Assembly (NCBI GenBank): GCA_032718475.1
Contig: JAUCBJ010000358.1
Span: 34,900-98,899, forward strand
Direction: 5' to 3'
DNA length: 64,000 bases
Origin: Nemertoderma westbladi
Taxonomy: Eukaryota > Animalia > Xenacoelomorpha
A model generated the notes under the pieces. It did not search any database. It saw only the letters and a list, made by a program, of their open reading frames with translations, and was not told where the DNA came from. Positions 1 to 12,986 of the stretch are shown one piece after another. Position numbers and translations under genes: made by a program. Position 1 is the first letter of the stretch; the number at the start of each line of letters is the position of its first letter.

Positions 1-2290
1 CACAAATATTCCAGTACGCCAATAAACACACAAATTTTCCTGTACGCCACTAAACACACAAATTTTTCAGTACGCCACTAAAAACACAAATTTTACTGTA
101 CGCCACTAAACACACAAATTTTTCTGTACGTCACTAAAATCACAAATTTTCCAGTACGCCACTAAAAACACAAATTTTCCAGTACACCACAAAACACAAA
201 AACTTTTCAGTACGCCAATAAACGAACAAATTTTCCAGTACGCCACTAAACACACAAATATTCCAGTACGCCAATAAACACACAAATTTTTCAGTACGCC
301 ACTAAAAACACAAATTTTACTGTACGCCACTAAACACACAAATTTTTCTGTACGTCACTAAAATCACAAATTTTCCAGTACGCCACTAAACACACAAATT
401 TTCAAGTACGCCAATAAACAGTCATATTTTCCTGCACGGCACTAAACACACAAATATTCCAGTACGCCAATAAACACACAAATTTTCCAGTACGCCACTA
501 AACACACAAATATTCCAGTACGCCACTAAACACACAAACTTTCCAGTACGCCACTAAACACACAAATATTCCAGTACGCCACTAAACACAAAAACTTTCC
601 AGTACGCCAATAAACGCACAAATTTTCCAGTACGCCACTAAACACACAAATATTCCAGTACGCCACTAAACACACAAACTTTCCAGTACGCCACTAAACA
701 CACAAATATTCCAGTACGCCAATAAACACACAAAGTTTTCAGTACGCCACTAAAAACACAAATTTTCCAGTACGCCGCTAAACACACAAACTTTCCAGTA
801 CGCCACTAAACACAAAAACTTTCCAGTACGCCAATAAACACACAACATTTTTTAGTACGCCACTAAAAACACAAATTTTACTGTACGCCACTAAACACAC
901 AAATTTTTCTGTACGTCACTAAAATCACAAGTTTTACAGTGTGCCACTACTTTCCAGTACGCCACTAAACACACAAACTTTCCAGTACGCCAATAAACAC
1001 ACAAAATGTTTTAATACGCCACTAAAAACACAAATTTTACTGTAGGCCACTAAACACACAAATTTTTCTGTACGTCACTAAAATCACAAGTTTTACAGTA
1101 CGCCTCAAAACACACAAATTTTCAAGTACGCCAATAAACAGTCATATTTTCCTGCACGGCACTAAACACACAAATTTTCCAGTACGCCACTAAAATCACA
1201 AGCGCCACTAAAAATCACAAATTTTCCAGTACGCCACTAAACACACAAACTTTCTAGTACGTCAATAAACACACCAATTTTCCAGTACGCCACTAAACAC
1301 ACAAATTTTCCAGTACGCCACTAAACACACATATTTTCCAGTACGCCACTAAACTGTCAAATTTTCCTGTACGCCACTAAACACACAAAATTTCCAGTAC
1401 GCCAAAAAACAGTCATATTTTCCTGTACGGCACTAAACACACAAAGTTTCCAGTACGCCACTAAAATCACAAGCGCCACTAAAGACACAAATTTCCCAGT
1501 ACGCCACTAAACACACAAATTTCCAGTACGCCAATAAACAGTCAAATTTTCCTGTACGGCACTAAACACATAAATTTTCAAGTACGCCACTAAAAACACA
1601 AATTTTCCAGTACGCCACTAAACACACAAACTTTCCAGTACGCCACTAAAAACACAAATTTTCCAGTACGCCACTAAACACACAAATTTTCCTGTACGCC
1701 ACTAAACATACAAATTTTCCAGTACGCCACTAAACATACAAATTTTCCAGTACGCCACTAAACACACAAATTTTCCTGTACGTCACTAAACATACAAATT
1801 TTCCACGACGCCACTAAACATACAAATTTTCCTGTACGCTACTAAACATACAAATTTTCCAGTACGCCACTAAACACACAAATTTTCCAGTACGCCACTA
1901 AACACACAAATTTTCCGGTACGCCACTAAACACACAAATTTTCAAGTACGCCACTAAACACACAAATTTTCCAGTACGCCACTAAACATACAAATTTTCC
2001 TGTACGCTACTAAACATACAAATTTTCCAGTACGCCACTAAACATACAAATTTTCCAGTACGCCACTAAACATACAAATTTTCCAGTACGCAGCTAAACA
2101 TACAAATTTTCCTGTACGCTACTAAACATACAAATTTTCCAGTACGCTACTAAACATACAAATTTTCCAGTACGCCACTAAACACACAAATTTTCCTGTA
2201 CGCCACTAAACACACAAATTTTCCAGTACGCCACTAAACACACAAATTTTCCAGTACGCCACTAAACACACAAATTTTCCTGTACGCCTC
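1..2290. repeat. 28-bp satellite array (consensus CACAAATTTTCCAGTACGCCACTAAACA), runs off the left edge of the window
   Basis: Unit read directly; 28-bp period, e.g. TTCCAGTACG at 2221 and 2249. Confidence 0.97.
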
Positions 2291-2974
2291 TAAAAACGTT
2301 TTCTAATGTGGTACTATTGTGATCACTAATAATAATTATTGAAACGTTCTTCAAAAATAACCGTGAAGTTATGGATAATTATATTATTAACATGGCCGAA
2401 AGGTCATTAAGAATAAATCACCACAAAGTAGTTAGAGAATCAAACTCATTATTAATTACCTTTGCGCAGTTAGTATATCTCATATATTATTTGTATTCGT
2501 TAATTAAACAATCTTTAACTGCGCACCACCAATACAGAATTTACATTCACTTTGTACAAAGCCAAAATAATTTGTTAGCTGAAAGCAATTTCAATAGCTT
2601 TGTTTGCACATGACATTACCGACGCCAATAGTAGATATTAATAATGACGGATCATAGTCCAGTTATTTATAACAAACTAGTTCACCACGTACGTGACACG
2701 TGACTACGATTTCTACAGTACAGTAAGAGAAAATTTAAATTCAGAATATTCAAGAAAATCATTTTGCTTGTCTATTCTGTTGGCTGGCTTGTTGGTTAGA
2801 TAATTTCCCCTATATGAATTACACAGGGTGTACCTGCAGTATATTGGATGGGACACGATTCTTATTAGATGATTTGGGATAATTTGGATGAATTTCCTGT
2901 AATTTAGATGGAACTGATTTCACTGCAGTTTCCATACAGAATGACCGTGACAGGTGTAAACGCTACCCTGAAAA

Positions 2975-5900
2975 CCTACAGCAGACAACCGACAGCAGAC
3001 AACCACAACCGACAGCAGACAACCACAACCGACAGCAGATAACCACAACCGACAGCAGACAACCACAACCGACAGCAGACAACCACAACAGACAGCAGAC
3101 AACCACAACCGACTGCAGACAACCACAACCGACAGCAGACAACCACAACCGACAGCAGAAAACCACAACCGACAGCAGACAACTACAACCGACAGCCGAC
3201 AACCGACAGCAGACAACCACAACCGACAGCAGGCAATCACAACCGACATCAGACATCCACAACCGACAGCAGACAACCACAACCGACAACACACAACTAC
3301 AACCGACAGCCGACAACCACAACCACAACCGACAGCAGACAACCACAACCGACAGCAGACAACCACAACCGACAGCAGACAACCACAACCGACAGCAGAC
3401 AACCACAACCACAACCGACAGCAGACAAACACAACCGACAGCAGACAACCACAACCGACTGCAGATAACTACAACCGACAGCCGACAACCACAACCGACA
3501 GCAGACAACCACAACCGACAGCAGACAACCACAACCGACAGCAGACAACCACAACTGACTGCAGACAACTACAACCGACAGCCGACAACCACAACCGACA
3601 GCAGACAACCACAACCGACAGCAGACAACCACAATCGACAGCAGACAACCACAACTGACTGCAGACAACTACAACCGACAGCCGACAACCACAACCACAA
3701 CCGACAGCAGACAACCACAACCGACATCAGACAACCACAACCGACAGCAGACAACCACAACCGACTGCAGACAACTACAACCGACAGCCAGCCGACAACC
3801 ACAACCGACAGCAGGTAACCACAACCGTCAGCAGACAACCACAACCGACAGCAGACAACCACAACCGACAGCAGAAAACCGCAACCGACAGCCACAACCA
3901 CAACCGACAGCAGACAACCACAACCGACAGCAGACAACCACAACCGACAGCAGACAACCACAACCGACAGCAGACAACCACAACCGACTGCAGACAACTA
4001 CAACCGACAGCCGACAACCACAACTGACAGCAAACAACCACAACCGACAGCAGACAACCGACAGCAGACAACCACAACCGACAGCAGAAAACCGCAACCG
4101 ACAGCCACAACCACAACCGACAGCAGACAACCACAACCGACAGCAGACAATCACAATCCACAGCAGACAACCACAACCGACAGCCGACAACCACAACCAA
4201 CAGCAGACAACCACAACCGACAGCAAAAAACCGCAACCGACAGCAGAAAACCGCAACCGACAGCCACAACCACAACCGACAGCAGACAACCACAACCGAC
4301 AGCAGACAACCACAACCGACAGCAGACAACCACAACCGACAGCCGACAGCAGACAACCACAACCGACAGCAGACAACCACAACCGACAACAGACAACCAC
4401 AACCGACAGCAGACAACCACAACCGACAGCCGACAACCACAACCAACAGCAGACAACCACAACCGACAGCAGACAACCACAACCGACAGCAGAAAACCGC
4501 AACCGACAGCCACAACTACAACCGATAGCACACAACCACAACCGACAGCAGACAACCACAACCGACAGCAGACAACCACAACCGACAGCAGACAACCACA
4601 ACCGACAGCCACAACCGCAACCGACAGCAGACAACCACATCCGACAGCCGACAGCAGACAACCACAACCGACAGCAGACAACCACAACCGACAGCAGAAA
4701 AGCGCAACCGACAGCCACAACCGCAACCGACAGCAGACAACCACAACCGACAGCAGACAACCACAACCGACAGCAGACAACCACAACCGACAGCAGACAA
4801 CCACAACCGACAGCAGACAACCACAACCGACAGCAGACAACCACATCCGACAGCCGACAGCAGACAACCACAACCGACAGCAGACAACCACAACCGACAG
4901 CAGAAAACCGCAACCGACAGCCACAACCGCAACCGACAGCAGACAACCACAACCGACAGCAGACAACCACAACCGACAGCAGACAACCACAACCGATAGC
5001 AGACAACCACAACCGACAGCAGACAACCACCACCAACAGCAGACAACCATAACCGACAGCCGACAACCACAACCGACAGCAGACAACCACAAACGACAGC
5101 AGACAACCACAACCGACAGCAGACAACCACAACCGACAGCAGACAACCACAACCGACAGCAGACAACCACAACAGACAGCAGACAACCACAACCGACTGC
5201 AGACAACAACAACCGACAGCCGACAACCGACAGCAGACAACCACAACCGACAGCAGACAATCACAACCGACAGCAGACATCCACAACCGACAGCAGACAA
5301 CCACAACCGACAGCAGACAACCACAACCGACTGCAGACAACTACAACCGACAGCCGACAACTACAACCGACAGCAGACAACCACAACCGACAGCAGACAA
5401 CCACAACCGACAGCAGACAACCACAACCGACAGCAGACAACAACAACCGACAGCAGACAACCACAACCGACAGCAGACAACCACAACCGACTGCAGACAA
5501 CTACAACCTGCAGCCGACAACCACAACTGACGGCAGACAACCACAACCGACAGCAGACAACCACAACCAACAGCAGACAACCACAACCGACTGCAGACAA
5601 CTACAACCGACAGCCGACAACCACAACCACAACCGACAGCAGAGAACCACAACCGACATCAGACAACCACAACCGACAGCAGACAACCACAACCGACTGC
5701 AGACAACTACAACCGACAGCCAGCCGACAACCACAACCGACAGCAGATAACCACAACCGACAGCAGACAACCACAACCGACAGCAGACAACCACAACCGA
5801 CAGCAGAAAACCGCAACCGACAGCCACAACCACAACCGACAGCAGACAACCACAACCGACAGCAGACAACCACAACCGACAGCAGACAACCACAACCGAC

Positions 5901-8143
5901 AGCAGACAACCACAACCGACTGCAGACAACTACAACCGACAACCGACAACCACAACCACAACCGACATCAAACAACCACAACCGACAGCAGACAACCGAC
6001 AGCAGAAAACCGCAACCGACAGTCACAACCACAACCACAACCGACAGCAGACAACCACAACCGACAGCAGACAACCACAACCCACAGCAGACAACCACAA
6101 CCGACAGCCGACAACCACAACCAACAGCAGACAACCACAACCGACAGCAGAAAACCGCAACCGACAGCAGAAAACCGCAACCGACAGCCACAACCACAAC
6201 CGACAGCAGACAACCACAACCGACAGCAGACAACCACAACCGACAGCAGACAACCACAACCGACAGCAGACAACCACAACCGACAGCAGACAACCACAAC
6301 CGACAGCAGACAACCACATCCGACAGCCGACAGCAGACAACCACAACCGACAGCAGACAACCACAACCGACAGCAGAAAACCGCAACCGACAGCCACAAC
6401 CGCAACCGACAGCAGACAACCACAACCGACAGCAGACAACCACAACCGACAGCAGACAACCACAACCGACAGCAGACAACCACAACCGACAGTCGACAGC
6501 AGACAACCACAACCGACAGCAGACAACCACAACCGACAGCAGACAACCACAACCAACAGCAGACAACCATAACCGACAGCCGACAACCACAACCAACAGC
6601 AGACCACCACAACCGACAGCAGACAACCATAACCGACAGCAGACAACCACAACCGACAGCAGACAACCACAACCGACAGCAGACAACCACAACCGACAGC
6701 AGACAACCACAACCGACAGCAGACAACCACAACAGACAGCAGACAACCACAACCGACTGCAGACAACAACAACCGACAGCCGACAACCGACAGCAGACAA
6801 CCACAACCGACAGCAGACAATCACAACCGACAGCAGACATCCACAACCGACAGCAGACAACCACAACCGACTGCAGACAACCACAACCGACTGCAGACAA
6901 CTACAACCGACAGCCGACAACTACAACCGACAGCAGACAACCACAACCGACAGCAGACAACCACAACCGACAGCAGACAACCACAACCGACAGCAGACAA
7001 CAACAACCGACAGCAGACAACCACAACCGACAGCAGACAACCACAACCGACTGCAGACAACTACAACCTGCAGCCGACAACCACAACCGACGGCAGACAA
7101 CCACAACCGACAGCAGACAACCACAACCAACAGCAGACAACCACAACCGACTGCAGACAACTACAACCGACAGCCGACAACCACAACCACAACCGACAGC
7201 AGAGAACCACAACCGACATCAGACAACCACAACCGACAGCAGACAACCACAACCGACTGCAGACAACTACAACCGACAGCCAGCCGACAACCACAACCGA
7301 CAGCAGATAACCACAACCGACAGCAGACAACCACAACCGACAGCAGACAACCACAACCGACAGCAGAAAACCGCAACCGACAGCCACAACCACAACCGAC
7401 AGCAGACAACCACAACCGACAGCAGACAACCACAACCGACAGCAGACAACCACAACCGACAGCAGACAACCACAACCGACTGCAGACAACTACAACCGAC
7501 AACCGACAACCACAACCACAACCGACATCAAACAACCACAACCGACAGCAGACAACCGACAGCAGAAAACCGCAACCGACAGTCACAACCACAACCACAA
7601 CCGACAGCAGACAACCACAACCGACAGCAGACAACCACAACCCACAGCAGACAACCACAACCCACAGCCGACAACCACAACCAACAGCAGACAACCACAA
7701 CCGACAGCAGAAAACCGCAACCGACAGCAGAAAACCGCAACCGACAGCAGAAAACCGCAACCGACAGCCACAACCACAACCGACAGCAGACAACCACAAC
7801 CGACAGCAGACAACCACAACCGACAGCACACAACCACAACCGACAGCAGACAACCACAACCGATAACAGACAACCACAACCGACAGCAGACAACCACAAC
7901 CGACAGCAGACAACCACAACCGACAGCCGACAGCAGACAACCATAACCGACAGCAGACAACCACAACCGACAGTCGACAGCAGACAACCACAACCGACAG
8001 CAGACAACCACAGCCGACAGCAGACAACCACAACCGAGAGCAGACAACCACACCGACAGCAGACATAACCACAACCGACAGCAGACAACCATAACCGACA
8101 GCAGACAACCACAACCGACAGCTGACAGCAGACAACCACAACC
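2975..8143. repeat. 20-bp satellite array (CAACCACAACCGACAGCAGA) with a 1560-bp higher-order duplication
   Basis: Unit read directly; blocks starting 5161/6721 and 5341/6901 are near-identical including variant units; identical spurious ORFs are offset by 1560. Confidence 0.97.
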
Positions 8144-8574
8144 GTTATTATTATAAACACAAATGAAACTAGAACCTGCGCTCTTGACTCTTGGTTATTG
8201 TTTTGGTTAGAATAACTCGCCACTTTACTGTCATTTTCTCCTTTCCCTTAACTTTTATAATGTTTGTCTGATGTCGTCGTAAACCTTTGCTCCCATTTTT
8301 GCGCTACTTTTATTCGACCTGGATTTAGGACAACGCAATTATTTTTACTTTAGGTCAATCCAATTGGGATGTGCAGTCACTCGCCCAATAAAATGTAAAA
8401 CAAAAACTAAAATCACCTTCCCAATAAGCCACTCGCCCAACACGTTGCTAAAAATCACATGATGCTACAATATTCATTATAATATAAATGTATCAAATTT
8501 ATATGTAATTAATGTTCTGGTTAGAATTTCGCACATACAATACATTCTACAAATTTCAAAATTTATCAAAACCA

Positions 8575-8661
8575 AAAGTTAAATCCGGCTCTATAAAACC
8601 CACAAAGTTAAATCCGGCTCTATAAAACCCACAAAGTTAAATCCGGCTCTATAAAACCCAC
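8575..8661. repeat. 3 x 29-bp tandem repeat (AAAGTTAAATCCGGCTCTATAAAACCCAC)
   Basis: Three perfect copies visible. Confidence 0.9.
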
Positions 8662-11600
8662 TACTACATTTTTAAATCTTTCATATTTGGACCCCATGGG
8701 CGGCACTCTGTCGCCTTAATCATTTATAACATAATTATTGGCTAATATTTATTATTAGCTTTACTATTTACTATTATATTACTATTTAATATATAGCCAA
8801 TATTAAATTAACTTTTCTACTGTAAGCCAGTTTTTCCTGCCCAACAAGAATATGAACTCCATTTTCCGTCCCAGAAGTTAACAAAGTTATATGAGGTCCT
8901 TATATAAAAGAGACACCCTGCCGCCCTGGAGCTGGAAATCAAGTTTTTAATTATCTAAAGGCGATGCACTGCCGCCTTAATGAACATATATGGTACTGAA
9001 TTATATGGAATGTTAAATGCAGCAGTGTGCCACCTTTTTTAAGTGTTGGTACGCAAAGGGTTAAATGTGAATATTGGGCAAGAAGGCCTAATGAATGTAC
9101 AGTACTTGGCAAGTAAGTGATGCATTTGGCTATTGGGCAAGTGATTCTCTTGATTTTTATTGACTCATTGGGCAACTGATTTAGATTGTTAATATTGTTT
9201 TTCAGGAGATCAACCAAATTTTCAATATGTTTGATCGGTTTTCACCACATTGTTTATTGTTTGAGTTTTCATAGTCGTTGTATATTTGGGATGCAGACAC
9301 TCTTGTCCAATAGGACACTTACCCAATAGGTCACCCGTCCAATGTAAACCGATTTTATGTCACTTGCCCAATATTGGGAATGTGCTTAACGGAAATCTGC
9401 GTAATCATGATGATGACCGACTATAATACAGTACAGTTAGTAGTAGGTCATGGCGCCATGCAAAGCATTACTAAGAACTATTAATGATAATGTTTTCAAA
9501 CCATGTGTTAACCAAGGAACACAATTACCAATCGAGCAGAAGGCTCTTATATTAAATAGGACCAATATTAAACTCTCAAAATATTCGGCAAGTGTCCTAT
9601 TCGGAAACTGATCTATTGGGAATGTGACCATAGCAGATCTAGTTATTAGGGAAGTCACTCATAGGGAAAGTGTCTTAAGGTAAATATTATTGGGAAAAAA
9701 CTCATTGGGGAATGTCCCTATTGGGCATCTATCTCATGACCAGATAGTGACGCACATTGACCGCAAGTGAAAATAGTGATCTTCAGCGCAAATTGACCGC
9801 AAGTGAAATAATGTATAGTTTATTGTTTTGGTTAGAAAACACCGCCACTGTAACCTGCTCCTTTCTCTTAATGTTTTTAATTAAATTAAACTAATTTTTA
9901 AAACCCACTGAAATTTATTTTGTGTTTGCGGTCATTTTGCGCCATTAACTCCTCCTGACAGTTAATCGTAGATTTTCCATCTTTTATTTTAGTTTGGCCT
10001 ATCTACAGTAGGCCCTATGCCTTTAATATTGCTTTTCGCATTCATTTTCCACGCCGTTATCCTGTCTGTGCCTTTTCGTTTCATTTTTGTGGCATAAGAG
10101 GTGTGAACCTGGGATTTCTAACCATGGAGTCTCACAGAAATTTTTTTGTTTTATTAATTCTAGAACGCAGTGTTTTTAAATAGCGTTTGGGCCATCTAAA
10201 TTAATAAGATGGCCTTATATGGTTTTGCAATTTGCTCAATTATTTTAGCGCACAAGCTGGCCAATGCTATTGATTCCTCTCGAACATTCATATTTACACA
10301 TGAAAGGCTACCAGTAGCAGTAAGTCATATTATTACTGCGGTGGAGTGTGCCAGTGCAGTGCCCTGAGCCCAGAGCGAACCGTGGCTTGCACCAGCCTTC
10401 AGATTATATTTAAGTCGTATCGTTTTATCAAATAGTACCGGTACGATTTAGCTCAATAATATGCTTTTACGAATGCGGAAATGAGAATAGATGACAGGAT
10501 GGATGGCAATCAATATTTATTCCCATTTAGGAAGCTATGAATAATTACTATCTGAAATTTACCTCTTACATTGCCTGATGGGTGGGTGAGGGTGACTTCC
10601 ACCTCTGTCAAATGGGTAGTTTGGTTATTCGGATTAGTTAAATCTTCCGTTTATGTAGATTAGTGGTGATGGGATTTTTAAGGTAGGAGTGATTGATTGT
10701 GTCTGTCTAGGGAGGGAGGGAAGGAAGCAACCCAACAATTCCACATAAAGGTGATACCGGAGACACTAGTGACGTACAAATAGCACACATGGCCTATACC
10801 TTGTTATTTCCCGAGTCCGAGATTAGTGATTGGTTCAACAGTAATATGTAGCTTGTGCATTATCCCATGTTTTACTCTGAGTTCGGGCTCTCTTGTGTAA
10901 CCCTGGCGTGGTGTGTTGCAGCAGGAATGCCTGCTAGCAGCAATTACGTTGCCTGTACTACACATACACTAGCGGAAACATGGTAGAGTGAGGGGTTAAT
11001 AATGATGGGAACTCCCTTTCTTATCCAGTACTGCGCATTGCATAGAAATGCGCCTGACAGTTGAGGCTGCAATTGAAGGATACTGTTACTGGTAATGTGG
11101 TTCTCCATGCTGTTTACTGATTTAGGAGCTAACTAACTGACTTACTAACTGGATTTCAACCATTCAACTTCTGATAAAAGCCATCTTTTTCCGCCTTCTC
11201 TTGAGAGTATTGTTATTGTAGCATTTAGAGCTGCTGCCATTCTATGCTCATATTAATTGCATTATCGAATAGTTGGATTGTAATATGAGACATGTGCTGC
11301 ACTGCGGGCAGAGCACGCTGGTAACAAACGTTAAATTACAACTATCTGTAAACAGGTGCCGGTTATACTCATAGCCATATAATCATTGCATTCGAAGTGC
11401 AGCAATCCATATCTCTCACATCACAATGAGTAATCAATACTATATTCAGCGGTTATGGCAATCCTTGTTTACAATACGGTAAGCTTTCAAAAATTGAAGT
11501 TAGTTTCTGTCAACATATCCCACGTGTGCCATGAAAATCGATATTTGCTCACGATTGAAATAATGCGCCTAGAAATTTCGGCAAAACATAATAAAGTGAT

Positions 11601-12293
11601 TCGAATCGAATGTGGCGTTCAAATACAGATTCAGATTGGGGTGCGGGGTTCTCAATTTAATAAAAATTAATCCCTCTCCAGGGGAAATAAACGCAAAAAA
11701 CAGCTGATTACTCTCAAAAATAAAACTGTAACCTGTTCTATGGACTTTTATATATAGTTACGGCTGGAATAACGTGCCAATGGATAGGTATTAAAGATAT
11801 TATTTAATTCCGATATGGGATTTGCGCCCAGTGCCCCCTATCCCCGGTCTTACATTATTATTATAATATGTCTCTGTCGGACTGTCACCATGCTCAGTCA
11901 GGCCGTCACATATTGATGTTTGGAATATTGTAAGTACATGGTAGTTAACACGTTGCAACTTTTAGGGTTTAAAGTCAAACACGCTTAGCTGTGTTGCTCA
12001 TTAAACTACAGTTACAACTGCATAAACTAACTCTCCTATGCCGGAGGTAAGTTAATGATAGTTGCCCTAGAAACAGATAAGTTGCTCAGAAAAACCAATA
12101 CAAATTTCGTTTGCACAATCAGTATAATAAATCTGGTGGCAATCCAACAAACCCCGCCACATAGGAAATTCTATGACGTATAATTCAATTTATTATCCAG
12201 TCATTACCAACCAGAACCAAGAAATGTTATCATACTTCCACAATTTAAGGCTACCAACACTAACTAATATTAATAATATAAGAATTTAATAGT

Positions 12294-12986
12294 ATAGTGT
12301 CGTTTTTCTGGTACATGCCATGCACCCCCCCCCCCCCCCCCCCCCCCAAAAAAAATTGATCTTTGACGCATTTTTTAACAATTCTTAATGAGATTACATG
12401 AAATTTAAAATAGAGACAGATTCACGTAACTCAACCTCCGTGGACGAGTCTTAATTTTATTTTTGCCATCGTTTTTTTTAGCTACACGCGTTTAAAAAGG
12501 TGTCTTCGTCGATATTGCACCAGCCTGTTCTACCTTACACAGGTGGAAAGCGGGCCATGCAAAGATTCCAAATATGTAACATAATGTGACTCGTCGTAAA
12601 ATGGCTGAGATATGAGCGTTCAAAAGTTGCGTGGTTTTTCACCTGCTCAAGACTAGTCTGTTATATTTAATAAATACACCATATTCTGGAACATTTTGAT
12701 TATGTATTAATAGCTATATAATAGTATGACTAAATGGGTATTATATTGTTGCCCAGCTACGTATGGGATAAATAAAATGTTCCAGAATATGGTATATTTA
12801 TTAAATAGAATAAAATAGCCTCGCGCAGGTGCAAAAGTCTAGCTAAATAACAGCGAAATAAAAATTCTGACTCACCCACTGACTGACTGAATCTGCTTAA
12901 AATTGCATGCATGCAATCTGATTAAGATTTGCAGAAAAATTGGGGGGAGGGGGGGGGGGGGGCGTGTACCAGAAAAACGACAATAT
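12294..12986. mobile_element. Non-autonomous TIR element (MITE-like) with poly-C/poly-G arms and an internal inverted repeat at ~12641-12830
   Basis: GTCGTTTTTCTGGTACA + C-run (12299) mirrored by G-run + TGTACCAGAAAAACGAC (ends 12981); inner pair CCATATTCTGGAACATTTT / AAAATGTTCCAGAATATGG; TSD not resolved. Confidence 0.7.

Noticed and set aside
2920-8223. Many long Cys/Val-rich ORFs (up to 510 aa)
   Set aside because: Translations of a 20-bp satellite lacking stops; the same peptide appears in all three frames.
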